Virus record (IMG/VR): IMGVR_UViG_3300032334_002267
Location: 137,310-154,247 of that record
From: a virus
Lineage: Duplodnaviria; Heunggongvirae; Uroviricota; Caudoviricetes
DNA: 16,938 nt
Direction: 5' to 3' (one strand)
Shown: positions 1-7,331 of the stretch, one piece after another
Layout of the letters: every line of letters starts with the position of its first letter
Position numbering within the stretch: the stretch's first letter is position 1
Program-made: the position numbers and the translations under genes
The notes under the pieces: generated by a model
What the model was told of the DNA's origin: nothing
What the model saw: the letters and a program-made list of their open reading frames with translations, nothing else
Database searches by the model: none

Positions 1-1
1 C

Positions 2-151
2 AAAGAAAGATCACTTAGACAATTAATCGAGGAGTTCGAGGCTAAGGCCGGGAACTTCGGATCATTCCACAGAGAAATGACCACCAAAGAGAAGAAAGCC
101 TTTAAAGGCTGGCTTCAAGACATGAGAGCACCAAAACCAAAAACCCCTTAG
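2..151 (+). CDS. 3' end of a hypothetical protein (partial, 49 aa visible)
   Basis: Frame 2 is open from the window start (KERSLRQLIEEFEAK...PKPKTP) to TAG 149-151, 2 nt before the next ATG. Not in the ORF track. Confidence 0.7.
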   Translation, partial: KERSLRQLIEEFEAKAGNFGSFHREMTTKEKKAFKGWLQDMRAPKPKTP

Positions 152-153
152 AG

Positions 154-378
154 ATGGCAGCACTAAGATTCACATGCACAACTGACAGCAAGGCCTCACA
201 CGAGGAGATCAGACGCCGCACCTACATGGCTGGAGGAGCCATAGTGAGGGAGATGGTGAAAAGGGACACGTCAACGGTTTTCGAAGCCGAGTACGAGATC
301 GTCTCGGAGGGAGGCACCCTTTATAGGGAGGTCAAGGAGCTTGGCCTCTGTACATCTATTAACATCATAACCCAATAA
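154..378 (+). CDS. hypothetical protein, 74 aa
   Basis: ATG start, tightly packed between neighbouring genes. Confidence 0.75.
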   Translation: MAALRFTCTTDSKASHEEIRRRTYMAGGAIVREMVKRDTSTVFEAEYEIVSEGGTLYREVKELGLCTSINIITQ

Positions 379-382
379 TCTT

Positions 383-703
383 ATGTACGACGAAGAAGAC
401 TACGACGACAATTTCCCAGATCCTGATGAGTTGCAGCACATGATTAGGCTCAGAGCCCGCAAGGAGTTCATTGAGGGTTGTTATGAGGCCTACGATCTAC
501 TGGCCACCAGGGGTGAGCAAGCCCTAGAGGGTGCGGAGATTCCCGCGGTTCAAAGAGCCATCAACCGGATGACCGCTTTCTTCATCACGAAGGAGGAGTA
601 CGAACGCTGCGATTTCCTAAAGAGATACACAGAGAAACACATGCCCGGATTCGTGATTAATCCCGACTGGGAAGTGGAAAAAGAACTTAAAGCCACAGAG
701 TAA
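383..703 (+). CDS. hypothetical protein, 106 aa, with a UVR-like EEYERCDFLK motif
   Basis: Acidic N-terminus. EEYE-C--LK resembles the short UVR helical motif. TAATG overlap with the next gene. Confidence 0.75.
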   Translation: MYDEEDYDDNFPDPDELQHMIRLRARKEFIEGCYEAYDLLATRGEQALEGAEIPAVQRAINRMTAFFITKEEYERCDFLKRYTEKHMPGFVINPDWEVEKELKATE

Positions 704-882
704 TGAAATTAGTTAAATCAAGAGATCCCAAATTTGCACGAAGCAATAAGATGCTTGCTTGCACCCACTGTCCCGAGAAGGTCAGCGTTGACATCAACAC
801 GGTGTCCGTTGTTTGCTGGAGGTGCGTCAACAAGAGAGTCGGCAATTTCGACAAGAGGGACAATAACAAGAAAAAAGAGTAA
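703..882 (+). CDS. C4 zinc-ribbon protein, 59 aa (CTHC-x14-CWRC)
   Basis: Hand translation: MKLVKSRDPKFARSNKMLACTHCPEKVSVDINTVSVVCWRCVNKRVGNFDKRDNNKKKE*. Coupled by TAATG upstream and ends 3 nt before ATG 886. Below the track cutoff. Confidence 0.8.
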   Translation: MKLVKSRDPKFARSNKMLACTHCPEKVSVDINTVSVVCWRCVNKRVGNFDKRDNNKKKE

Positions 883-885
883 TAT

Positions 886-1104
886 ATGGATCCAAGATCA
901 GAAGCACTCCTTCAGAGCTACAAGAAGGAAGTGGAAAAACTAGCCCGAGCAATGTATATCCAGACGTTAGCCATCCGCAGAGAGGTGGACTCGTCAAGAA
1001 TTAATCCCGAGGACAAGGCCAACATCCTGCTAAATGTTATCGGCTTGCTTACCAGACCAGCGGTTCCCGATTCTCCGCAGCAGAATCCGCAGCAGAATGT
1101 TTAA
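886..1104 (+). CDS. hypothetical protein, 72 aa
   Basis: ATG start in a packed operon. The C-terminal PQQN-PQQN comes from a 12-nt duplication. Confidence 0.7.
   Translation: MDPRSEALLQSYKKEVEKLARAMYIQTLAIRREVDSSRINPEDKANILLNVIGLLTRPAVPDSPQQNPQQNV
1075..1098 (+). repeat. 12-nt tandem duplication CCGCAGCAGAAT x2
   Basis: Exact copies at 1075-1086 and 1087-1098. Confidence 0.9.
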
Positions 1105-1384
1105 AGCCCTAAAGATGACATTGCGCAGATGGCTCAGAAGTAGATGGCTGGAGAAAGCCATCAAGGCCAGAGGTGGAAGAGAGCAAAGGGGTCTCGAGCG
1201 CAAAGCCCGGATGAAAGCCATTAGGGATCAGAAGGAAGCCATAGCCAGAGGTCTGATGCTCAGCTGGAACCTAAAGGAGATCAAACCCCCGAGAACGGAG
1301 GAGCTCTATAGAGACATCCGATTCTTTCACCATCACTTCACGCTGAAACAATTGGAGGAGATCGAAAAATGGCACTGGAGTTGA
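1097..1384 (+). CDS. basic hypothetical protein, about 95 aa (start moved from 1034 to ATG 1097)
   Basis: ATG 1097 is in frame with the track ORF and overlaps the upstream stop by 8 nt. Followed by a terminator. Confidence 0.65.
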   Translation: MFKALKMTLRRWLRSRWLEKAIKARGGREQRGLERKARMKAIRDQKEAIARGLMLSWNLKEIKPPRTEELYRDIRFFHHHFTLKQLEEIEKWHWS

Positions 1385-1413
1385 ATATATAAACGCATAA
1401 GCCCAATTTTCAG

Positions 1414-1450
1414 AAGAGGAGTGAAATCATTTTGATTCGCTCCTTTTTTT
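1414..1450 (+). terminator. intrinsic terminator
   Basis: Stem GGAGTGAAATCA / TGATTCGCTCC (one bulge, one G-U) followed by T7. Confidence 0.75.
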
Positions 1451-1487
1451 ATTTTATTCGTTAAAGAAATATTTTTTTTGGTAAATA

Positions 1488-1519
1488 TTTTTTTATTCTA
1501 GGAAAAAGAATTACATTTG
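1488..1519 (+). promoter_or_regulatory. Bacteroidota primary-sigma promoter P1
   Basis: TTTTTTTAT-N15-TACATTTG, matching the -7 consensus TAnnTTTG. Confidence 0.85.
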
Positions 1520-1566
1520 GATCTTGAAATATAAAAACATTTACAAACTATAAAAAAAGAATACAT

Positions 1567-1704
1567 ATGTACAAAATCATTGCAAAATCAAAATACGGAA
1601 CTGAAGTTGTAGACGAGGCTAATACTTTATCAGCAGCAGAGAAATTAGCAGCAGAGTATAGAATGGCCTTCGGACCTGGCTTCACCATCAGTATAAAAAA
1701 ATAA
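1567..1704 (+). CDS. small hypothetical protein, 45 aa
   Basis: MYKIIAKSKYGTEVVDEANTLSAAEKLAAEYRMAFGPGFTISIKK*. Directly downstream of P1 with an A-rich leader. Not in the track. Confidence 0.8.
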   Translation: MYKIIAKSKYGTEVVDEANTLSAAEKLAAEYRMAFGPGFTISIKK

Positions 1705-1714
1705 ACCACAAACT

Positions 1715-2053
1715 ATGAAATTTTACGGAATTGCAGACGCACACGGAATTGAATCATTCAGACCTGTCGAGTTCAACTTTGAGACCGACGGTTTACAGAT
1801 CGATCCGAGAGAACTCAGCATCATGATTCTTAGGGCCAACGCCAACAGACAACGACACGCAGTTGTCTATCAAGTTGAACTCGCAGTAGATGATGCCAAA
1901 ATTGTAGACGATCTTATAGATGCCGGGGAATACCCGGAGGCTCTGATAGAGATTAAGAATAGAGCCAAATCGGTTGCTCTAGCCAAAAATATTACCGGAG
2001 CGGAGAAGAGTTGGAAGATGATTCCCAATCCAGATTTAGATCCATTTAGTTAA
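1715..2053 (+). CDS. hypothetical protein, 112 aa
   Basis: ATG with AAACT leader, in the P1 operon. Confidence 0.85.
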   Translation: MKFYGIADAHGIESFRPVEFNFETDGLQIDPRELSIMILRANANRQRHAVVYQVELAVDDAKIVDDLIDAGEYPEALIEIKNRAKSVALAKNITGAEKSWKMIPNPDLDPFS

Positions 2054-2070
2054 ACCCAAAATTCACAGAC

Positions 2071-2313
2071 ATGAGTCAATTAAAAGTACAAGACCAGTAC
2101 AGAACAAATTCCCTTAGCTTAAAGCCAGGAGGACACACAGTAACAGTTACATATGCCGGCGGAGCAAGCTTCGTCTACGACAAGGTTAAAAAACCGGGCA
2201 TGTATATTAAAGCCATTCACTCCAAAGGAGAACACGGAGCAATCAAAGAAATACTTATAGACGGTAAATCCGCTTGGAGCGATTCAATGAAAACAAATCC
2301 TTGGGAAATCTAA
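2071..2313 (+). CDS. hypothetical protein, 80 aa
   Basis: ATG start, packed operon. Confidence 0.8.
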   Translation: MSQLKVQDQYRTNSLSLKPGGHTVTVTYAGGASFVYDKVKKPGMYIKAIHSKGEHGAIKEILIDGKSAWSDSMKTNPWEI

Positions 2314-2323
2314 AAACTATCAC

Positions 2324-2569
2324 ATGAATATAAAAGACATCTTAAAACAAATCGCATCATCTCAGAACAAAGCTTTGCCCGTCTTAATCTTTTCGGTTGT
2401 GATTGGGTTAGCCCTCATTCTTTCTTTTCCACTTCTTCTAATCTACGGGTTAAAGTTTATCGGATTTAGTCAGATCGGGCTAAGTAGTAAATCTTACCTT
2501 GGAGCCATTATGTTGCTACTCTTTATCTCGTATGCAACAAGAATTGGGTCAGGTAAAGATAACGGATAG
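2324..2569 (+). CDS. small membrane protein, 81 aa (two hydrophobic segments)
   Basis: Hydrophobic stretches LPVLIFSVVIGLALILSFPLLLIYGL and YLGAIMLLLFISYA. Confidence 0.8.
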   Translation: MNIKDILKQIASSQNKALPVLIFSVVIGLALILSFPLLLIYGLKFIGFSQIGLSSKSYLGAIMLLLFISYATRIGSGKDNG

Positions 2570-2596
2570 TATTTCTCACGTTTAATAGAACCGGTT

Positions 2597-2854
2597 ATGA
2601 ATCAAGGAAGAGCATTAAAATTAAGAATAATCAAGAGCGAGCTCACATCATTTGTGGAAGGCTCTGTAAACAATCCCTCCACCCTCTGTGGGTTAGGTCT
2701 AGTCATGTTAGAGAAAGAGTGGTCACCGGAGGATCTTGAAGCCGACATAGCCACATCCGCTATTGAAGCTCTACTTGATGAGATTGAAAATGGAGATTAC
2801 GAAAAACTATCAGAGACATACGAGATTCTCAAATCTCAGGAGCTAGTTAAATAA
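2597..2854 (+). CDS. hypothetical protein, 85 aa
   Basis: ATG start, followed by a terminator. Confidence 0.75.
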   Translation: MNQGRALKLRIIKSELTSFVEGSVNNPSTLCGLGLVMLEKEWSPEDLEADIATSAIEALLDEIENGDYEKLSETYEILKSQELVK

Positions 2855-2858
2855 CAAG

Positions 2859-2894
2859 AACACCCTCGGAATATCCGGGGGTTTTTTGTGGGGT
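2859..2894 (+). terminator. intrinsic terminator with TTTTGTGGGGT tail
   Basis: ACCCTCGGA-ATA-TCCGGGGGT followed by a T-run and GTGGGGT. Confidence 0.85.
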
Positions 2895-2981
2895 TTGGAA
2901 GAATGAGAGTTAAAAGAAGTTTTGGATGTAGACATCTTCGAAACCGCGGGTTCTAAAAATTCCAAAAAAGTTGGATTAAAA

Positions 2982-3013
2982 TTTTTTTATCTCGAGATTT
3001 TACCTTATATTTG
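2982..3013 (+). promoter_or_regulatory. Bacteroidota promoter P2
   Basis: TTTTTTTAT-N15-TATATTTG. Confidence 0.85.
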
Positions 3014-3045
3014 TACCTATTATTAACTTAAATAAGTATTAAAAG

Positions 3046-3273
3046 ATGAGAAATCAAAATCGTCCGACCAATTACGCTAAGGTTAGCTATGGTCAAAAAT
3101 TGAGCATCGCAAATGCAGGTCGCCGTCGTGGGGATGTTTCAGATGTTGCTCGTAAAACTGGGTTTGCAATCAGCACAGTGAGCTACGTGTTGTCTGGTCG
3201 TTTCAAAAACGAGCGTATTGTAAATGCAGCTTACAACATTAGCCGCGGTCGTAAGGCTGCAGTTAAAGCTTAA
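3046..3273 (+). CDS. small basic helix-turn-helix DNA-binding protein (LacI/XRE-like HTH), 75 aa
   Basis: DVARKTGFAISTVSYVLSG matches the LacI-type HTH pattern (DVA--AGVS--TVS-VL-G). Monocistronic with its own promoter and terminator. Confidence 0.75.
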   Translation: MRNQNRPTNYAKVSYGQKLSIANAGRRRGDVSDVARKTGFAISTVSYVLSGRFKNERIVNAAYNISRGRKAAVKA

Positions 3274-3291
3274 GATCTGCCTTCAGAAATT

Positions 3292-3329
3292 AAAAAGTCC
3301 AGCTATCAAAGATATAGCTGGGCTTTTTT
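3292..3329 (+). terminator. intrinsic terminator (possibly bidirectional)
   Basis: AAAAAGTCCAGCTAT ... ATAGCTGGGCTTTTTT. Confidence 0.85.
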
Positions 3330-3375
3330 CTGATCGAAACGTTTTCAACAATTCCAACTATAAATACATATACAA

Positions 3376-3723
3376 ATGACCACCAAGATCCTCACATTAT
3401 TCCCAGAGCTTGATGACTGGACTAAAAAAATCTTCAGTCGGTCTTTCGTTGATTCATGTGCTAAGCATGTCACCGGACTTGGATATTCTTCTAAATTTAT
3501 TGGAGATCAAATTTGCATCATCGGTCCCGAGGGAGATAGCTCCTGTCAGCAGGGAACTCTTGTTGGATGGAGATTTGTAAACGATATAGAGAAATTCGTT
3601 TCCAGTAACGATATGCCATGGTTTGAATCGACGGGGAGAACTCCAGAGGAGTTGGCTAAAGGATTTGCCATCATTAGCCAGTTAGCTAGTATGGTTTCAA
3701 ATTTAATAATTCAGGATGAATAA
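3376..3723 (+). CDS. hypothetical protein, 115 aa
   Basis: ATG start, overlaps the next gene by 8 nt. Confidence 0.8.
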   Translation: MTTKILTLFPELDDWTKKIFSRSFVDSCAKHVTGLGYSSKFIGDQICIIGPEGDSSCQQGTLVGWRFVNDIEKFVSSNDMPWFESTGRTPEELAKGFAIISQLASMVSNLIIQDE

Positions 3724-3928
3724 GGAAGAACACGTAAAGTTGCTAGAGATTCTTGGTTTCACTAATGTGCGTGCGATAGAAACTAAAACACTATTTGGTG
3801 AAGATGATTGGGAGGTTTCATTCAGTTACAAAAACAAAAGATATCTAGTATATGGTATCTCTTTGGAGAATCTGATTTCAAAGTATAGTAAATTAAATAG
3901 AGAATTAATTATAGGAATATCAAAATGA
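3716..3928 (+). CDS. hypothetical protein, 70 aa
   Basis: Overlap-coupled to genes on both sides (ATGA at 3925-3928). Confidence 0.75.
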   Translation: MNKEEHVKLLEILGFTNVRAIETKTLFGEDDWEVSFSYKNKRYLVYGISLENLISKYSKLNRELIIGISK

Positions 3929-4218
3929 TTAAAAAGATTCTACTTCCGCTATTAGTTTTGACATTGGTCTCATGTCAACAAACCCAGGTTAAAAAGGATT
4001 CAGATATTGAAGTTATCAACCATGTTGTTTACAAGGTTAAATTCGATACACTAATCGTTAACTCGTGTGAGAGACATAAACCTGTCAGTGTCATGGATCA
4101 GATTAATCCAAGTTTCGATATTACCCTTAGTAACGGAAGAACAATGAGATCCCAACGGTCTATGCCCATTGGTGACACCATCTATACAAAAACACTAATT
4201 AAACAATGGCAGCAGTAG
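3925..4218 (+). CDS. putative lipoprotein, 97 aa
   Basis: MIKK, then hydrophobic ILLPLLVLT, then lipobox LVS-C: a signal peptidase II pattern. Confidence 0.75.
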   Translation: MIKKILLPLLVLTLVSCQQTQVKKDSDIEVINHVVYKVKFDTLIVNSCERHKPVSVMDQINPSFDITLSNGRTMRSQRSMPIGDTIYTKTLIKQWQQ

Positions 4219-4469
4219 ACTATAGGCTAATCACGATTGAGGTCGAAACAGTATTAGGAGAAAGCGAGGCTATAGACAAAGGCTTCTTTGAGTATCTAGA
4301 TGAGTACTCAATAATACCCAAGATACTAGAGAAGGAGGAGAATCAGGAATGGCCAATCGTTGAGTACACCAGCGGTCCCGTGTCGCTGAGCAATATGTTG
4401 AAAGAGAAGTTTGGAATGAGCAAAGAAGAAATAGAACAAAATTATCCACAACTTAAAAGAGATGAGTAA
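4206..4469 (+). CDS. acidic hypothetical protein, 87 aa
   Basis: ATG start, overlapping neighbours. Confidence 0.8.
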   Translation: MAAVDYRLITIEVETVLGESEAIDKGFFEYLDEYSIIPKILEKEENQEWPIVEYTSGPVSLSNMLKEKFGMSKEEIEQNYPQLKRDE

Positions 4470-4668
4470 CAATAGTATAAAAAAGTCTAAGGAGAAAGAG
4501 ATTAAGCTAGAGGTTGGAGAGTATTACAGAATAGACGGAGAGGTCTATTTAGTAGATGCCCTAACATACCTTTACGCCTATGTCTATCGAATAGACGAAA
4601 ACGGAGAACCTGTTGGCAGAGCCAGAATGATAGGTAGTCTCAAAAAAAGAAAAGTAGAAAAAGTTTAG
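4462..4668 (+). CDS. hypothetical protein, 68 aa
   Basis: ATG start overlapping the upstream gene by 8 nt. Confidence 0.75.
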   Translation: MSNNSIKKSKEKEIKLEVGEYYRIDGEVYLVDALTYLYAYVYRIDENGEPVGRARMIGSLKKRKVEKV

Positions 4669-4674
4669 TAAAAA

Positions 4675-4706
4675 TTTTTTTATTTGAAGAAGTTGATTTA
4701 CATTTG
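4675..4706 (+). promoter_or_regulatory. Bacteroidota promoter P3
   Basis: TTTTTTTAT-N15-TACATTTG. Confidence 0.85.
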
Positions 4707-4726
4707 GGACATAAACCAAATAAAAG

Positions 4727-5059
4727 ATGTACTATCAACTAGAACTCGCATGCACTACACCACATGACGAACCTTGCGCTCAAGTTGGATCTTTCAACTA
4801 TTCCAGCAGTTCCCGCACAGAAGCCAGAGCACTTATCAATCAACTAATTAGAGAGAACGGGAATCCACCAGAAGGTGTTGATTTCAAAATCAAATCCAAC
4901 CCTCACGACTTTGGGTCTTATCTGGATGTCGTTATCAGATTCGACGAGGACAACGAAGAACAATCAAATTACGCCTACCATATAGAAGGAGCTATTCCGG
5001 ACAAATGGGACAGCGAGGCTAAGAGAGAATTGGCTGAAGCCGGCTATACGCTAAATTAA
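4727..5059 (+). CDS. hypothetical phage protein, 110 aa (EPCAQVG / SNPHDFGSY motifs)
   Basis: Directly after P3. Motifs recalled from a recurrent phage family of unknown function; not verified by search. Confidence 0.85.
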   Translation: MYYQLELACTTPHDEPCAQVGSFNYSSSSRTEARALINQLIRENGNPPEGVDFKIKSNPHDFGSYLDVVIRFDEDNEEQSNYAYHIEGAIPDKWDSEAKRELAEAGYTLN

Positions 5060-5085
5060 TTTTTTAAAATCTTAAATTTTATATC

Positions 5086-5280
5086 ATGAGTAACGGATCA
5101 TTAAAAGGTTTCAAAGGAGACCAAAAAACAAGAGAACGCAGAACTAGAGTAATGGATCGTCTAGAGTCTCAGTTAAAGAGCGGAGTGAAAACAGTTAAAG
5201 GTGGCGGCACCGCAGAATTGGTTGACGGTGACGTGAAGCGCATTAACAAAGAATTATCAATTTTGAAAGAAAGAATCTAG
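5086..5280 (+). CDS. small basic hypothetical protein, 64 aa
   Basis: ATG with AT-rich leader. Confidence 0.8.
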   Translation: MSNGSLKGFKGDQKTRERRTRVMDRLESQLKSGVKTVKGGGTAELVDGDVKRINKELSILKERI

Positions 5281-5287
5281 TAAAAGA

Positions 5288-5319
5288 TTTTTTTATCTGA
5301 ACGAGAAGTCTTATCTTTG
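5288..5319 (+). promoter_or_regulatory. Bacteroidota promoter P4
   Basis: TTTTTTTAT-N15-TATCTTTG. Confidence 0.85.
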
Positions 5320-5340
5320 GGTTAAATCAAACTTAAAAAT

Positions 5341-5742
5341 ATGGGACGCTATTACACAGGTGACATTGAAGGTAAATTCTGGTTCGGAGTTCAATGCTCG
5401 GACGACGCTTCATTCTTCGGAGGATCGGAGGAAGAGGTTTATTTTGAAGACGAGGATGAAATTCCTTATGAGCTTCAGTACTTCTTTCAAACTGGAGACC
5501 TTGAAGAGATTAAGCATGGTATAGAAGAATGTATAATTCATCTTGGAGAGTATAAAATGAGATTGGATGATTTCTTTGCACAAAGAGATAGTTATAACGA
5601 CCAGATGATTATAGAGGCTTTTGAAATACCAAAGGAAAAGGTTTGGGAACTTCTGGTTTGGTATGCCCGATTGGAACTAGGAGTAAAGATTAAAGGATGT
5701 GTGGAGGAGAAAGGAGAATGTTCATTTAGCGCAGAACTCTAA
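5341..5742 (+). CDS. acidic hypothetical phage protein, 133 aa (MGRYYxGDIEGKFWFxVQ family)
   Basis: Directly after P4. The N-terminus is recalled from a recurrent phage family of unknown function. Confidence 0.85.
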   Translation: MGRYYTGDIEGKFWFGVQCSDDASFFGGSEEEVYFEDEDEIPYELQYFFQTGDLEEIKHGIEECIIHLGEYKMRLDDFFAQRDSYNDQMIIEAFEIPKEKVWELLVWYARLELGVKIKGCVEEKGECSFSAEL

Positions 5743-5748
5743 AACAAT

Positions 5749-6153
5749 ATGAAAAAAGAATTTATACCATACGAACAAGCACTTGCCTTAAAGAAACTAG
5801 GGTTTGATGAACCTTGTTTAGCACATCTTATTGGATTTGGAGATGGTACTATAGAAAATGATAAGTATTTCATTAAATATCAACAAGTGTTTTATCCTCA
5901 TGACAATATAAAATCAGATGACAAAGCAGAAGAATTAGAATTATATTCTTTTGGTATTTGTGGAGTTCCACTTTACCAACAAGCATTTAGATGGTTTAGA
6001 GAGAAGTATAATGTGCACATGTATCCAACAAAGTATGATGAAACAAAGTGGTGGGTTAATTGGGCTACTTGGACAAGTAAGGTTTTTGATACTTACGAAG
6101 AAGCTGAACTTGAATGTCTTAAAAAACTTATTGAAATTGTAAAAAACAAATAA
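5749..6153 (+). CDS. hypothetical phage protein, 134 aa, low GC
   Basis: Pattern KEFIPYEQALALKKLGFDEPC ... PLYQQAFRWFREK ... YEEAELECLKKLIEI, recalled as common in Bacteroidota phages. Confidence 0.85.
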   Translation: MKKEFIPYEQALALKKLGFDEPCLAHLIGFGDGTIENDKYFIKYQQVFYPHDNIKSDDKAEELELYSFGICGVPLYQQAFRWFREKYNVHMYPTKYDETKWWVNWATWTSKVFDTYEEAELECLKKLIEIVKNK

Positions 6154-6154
6154 C

Positions 6155-6385
6155 ATGAATACCACTATTCATGAATTCAAAGCTATCCTCAAAAAGGATT
6201 ACAAGGAGTATATGGATAGTATTAGACATGAGGACGATGCGATGCCGATGAGCGAATACCATTCAAACAACTCTGACTACTACGAGAAAGAGTACGGAAT
6301 CTATTGGGACGACCGGAAAGAGGAATGGTGTTATAATGAAAACAATAGTAACTACACTGAGGACGAAGATGATGAAGATTATTAA
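6155..6385 (+). CDS. acidic hypothetical protein, 76 aa
   Basis: ATG 1 nt after the upstream stop. Rich in D, E and Y. Confidence 0.75.
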   Translation: MNTTIHEFKAILKKDYKEYMDSIRHEDDAMPMSEYHSNNSDYYEKEYGIYWDDRKEEWCYNENNSNYTEDEDDEDY

Positions 6386-6402
6386 AAAAAAACCTCTAAA
6401 TA

Positions 6403-6434
6403 TTTTTTTATTTCAAAAAGATTGATTACCTTTA
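6403..6434 (+). promoter_or_regulatory. Bacteroidota promoter P5 (variant -7)
   Basis: TTTTTTTAT-N15-TACCTTTA, one mismatch from TAnnTTTG. Confidence 0.7.
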
Positions 6435-6454
6435 CAACCTAAAAACAAATACAT

Positions 6455-6898
6455 ATGGCAACACGTTCAAGAATCGCAATCGAAAACCAAGACGGAACAG
6501 TTAATTCAATTTACTGTCACTGGGATGGTTATCCATCTAACAATGGAGAAATTTTATTCAACAATTACAAAACCCAAGAGAAGGTGGAATCCTTAATAGA
6601 ACTTGGGAGCATCTCGTCCCTTAGACCACAGGTTGAAATTCCTGAAGGAGTGCAACACACTTTTGAAAATCAGAATGATGACATCACAGTAGCTTATCAC
6701 CGAGACCGAGGTGAAGATCTAAGCATCTCATCACATAAGAATGCTGAAGATTTCATGAGAAGCGATGTTGAGGAGTATGGCTATCTTTTCACAGCAGCAG
6801 GAGAATGGTTATTTGTTAACGGACACGTTAATGAATCAAAGAGGGAGTTTCAAACTCTAAGATCTGTGTTAAGTAAAGATGCGACTGTGAGTTATTAA
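6455..6898 (+). CDS. hypothetical phage protein, 147 aa (MATRSRI...YCHWDGYP family)
   Basis: The MxTRSxI and YCHWDGYP motifs recur in phage and mobile-element proteins of unknown function. Confidence 0.9.
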   Translation: MATRSRIAIENQDGTVNSIYCHWDGYPSNNGEILFNNYKTQEKVESLIELGSISSLRPQVEIPEGVQHTFENQNDDITVAYHRDRGEDLSISSHKNAEDFMRSDVEEYGYLFTAAGEWLFVNGHVNESKREFQTLRSVLSKDATVSY

Positions 6899-6920
6899 GC
6901 ATAGTTTGGTTTGGTTGATA

Positions 6921-6962
6921 GGACCAATTGGTCCAGAGCCCGGGATATCCCGGGCTTTTTTT
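6921..6962 (+). terminator. tandem palindromes; the second is an intrinsic terminator
   Basis: GGACCAATTGGTCC (6921-6934), then AGCCCGGGATATCCCGGGCT (6937-6956) followed by a T-run. Confidence 0.85.
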
Positions 6963-6986
6963 ATTTTTAAAATATCCGTCCAAATA

Positions 6987-7018
6987 TTTTTATCTTTGAA
7001 TAGTTTTATTTACATTTG
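6987..7018 (+). promoter_or_regulatory. Bacteroidota promoter P6
   Basis: T-run starts 24 nt upstream of TACATTTG (7011-7018). Confidence 0.75.
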
Positions 7019-7039
7019 GGTTAATTAAAACAAACTTAT

Positions 7040-7249
7040 ATGTGGAATCCATCATTTCAATCATTCGGTATAGTTAGAGTAGAAACTGACCGAGTTAGAG
7101 TTTTCAAAGATCAGTACAATTCAGTTACGGTCCATGTCGGTCAAAGGGTAACACAAGCCCACTGGGACGGCGGAGTACTCAACGTTTATTTAGCCAACGG
7201 TTCCGTGAGACGCTACATCGACTACATAAATTTCATTACGATCTATTAA
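7040..7249 (+). CDS. hypothetical protein, 69 aa, beta-rich
   Basis: ATG after P6 with an AAAACAAAC leader. Confidence 0.85.
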   Translation: MWNPSFQSFGIVRVETDRVRVFKDQYNSVTVHVGQRVTQAHWDGGVLNVYLANGSVRRYIDYINFITIY

Positions 7250-7269
7250 CAAAAAATTCTCAGATAGGA

Positions 7270-7301
7270 TTTTTCTATTTAAAAAGTTTATCTTACATTT
7301 G
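7270..7301 (+). promoter_or_regulatory. Bacteroidota promoter P7
   Basis: TTTTTCTAT-N15-TACATTTG. Confidence 0.8.
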
Positions 7302-7331
7302 CTTTATTAATCAAACTTAAATTTAAAAACT

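Noticed and set aside
734-943. 69-aa + strand ORF in the track
   Set aside because: Non-ATG start overlapping two better genes. The 703-882 frame gives a coupled CxxC/CxxC protein.
6991-6998. Extra TATCTTTG -7 box upstream of P6
   Set aside because: No T-tract at the conserved distance. It probably forms part of the P6 spacer.
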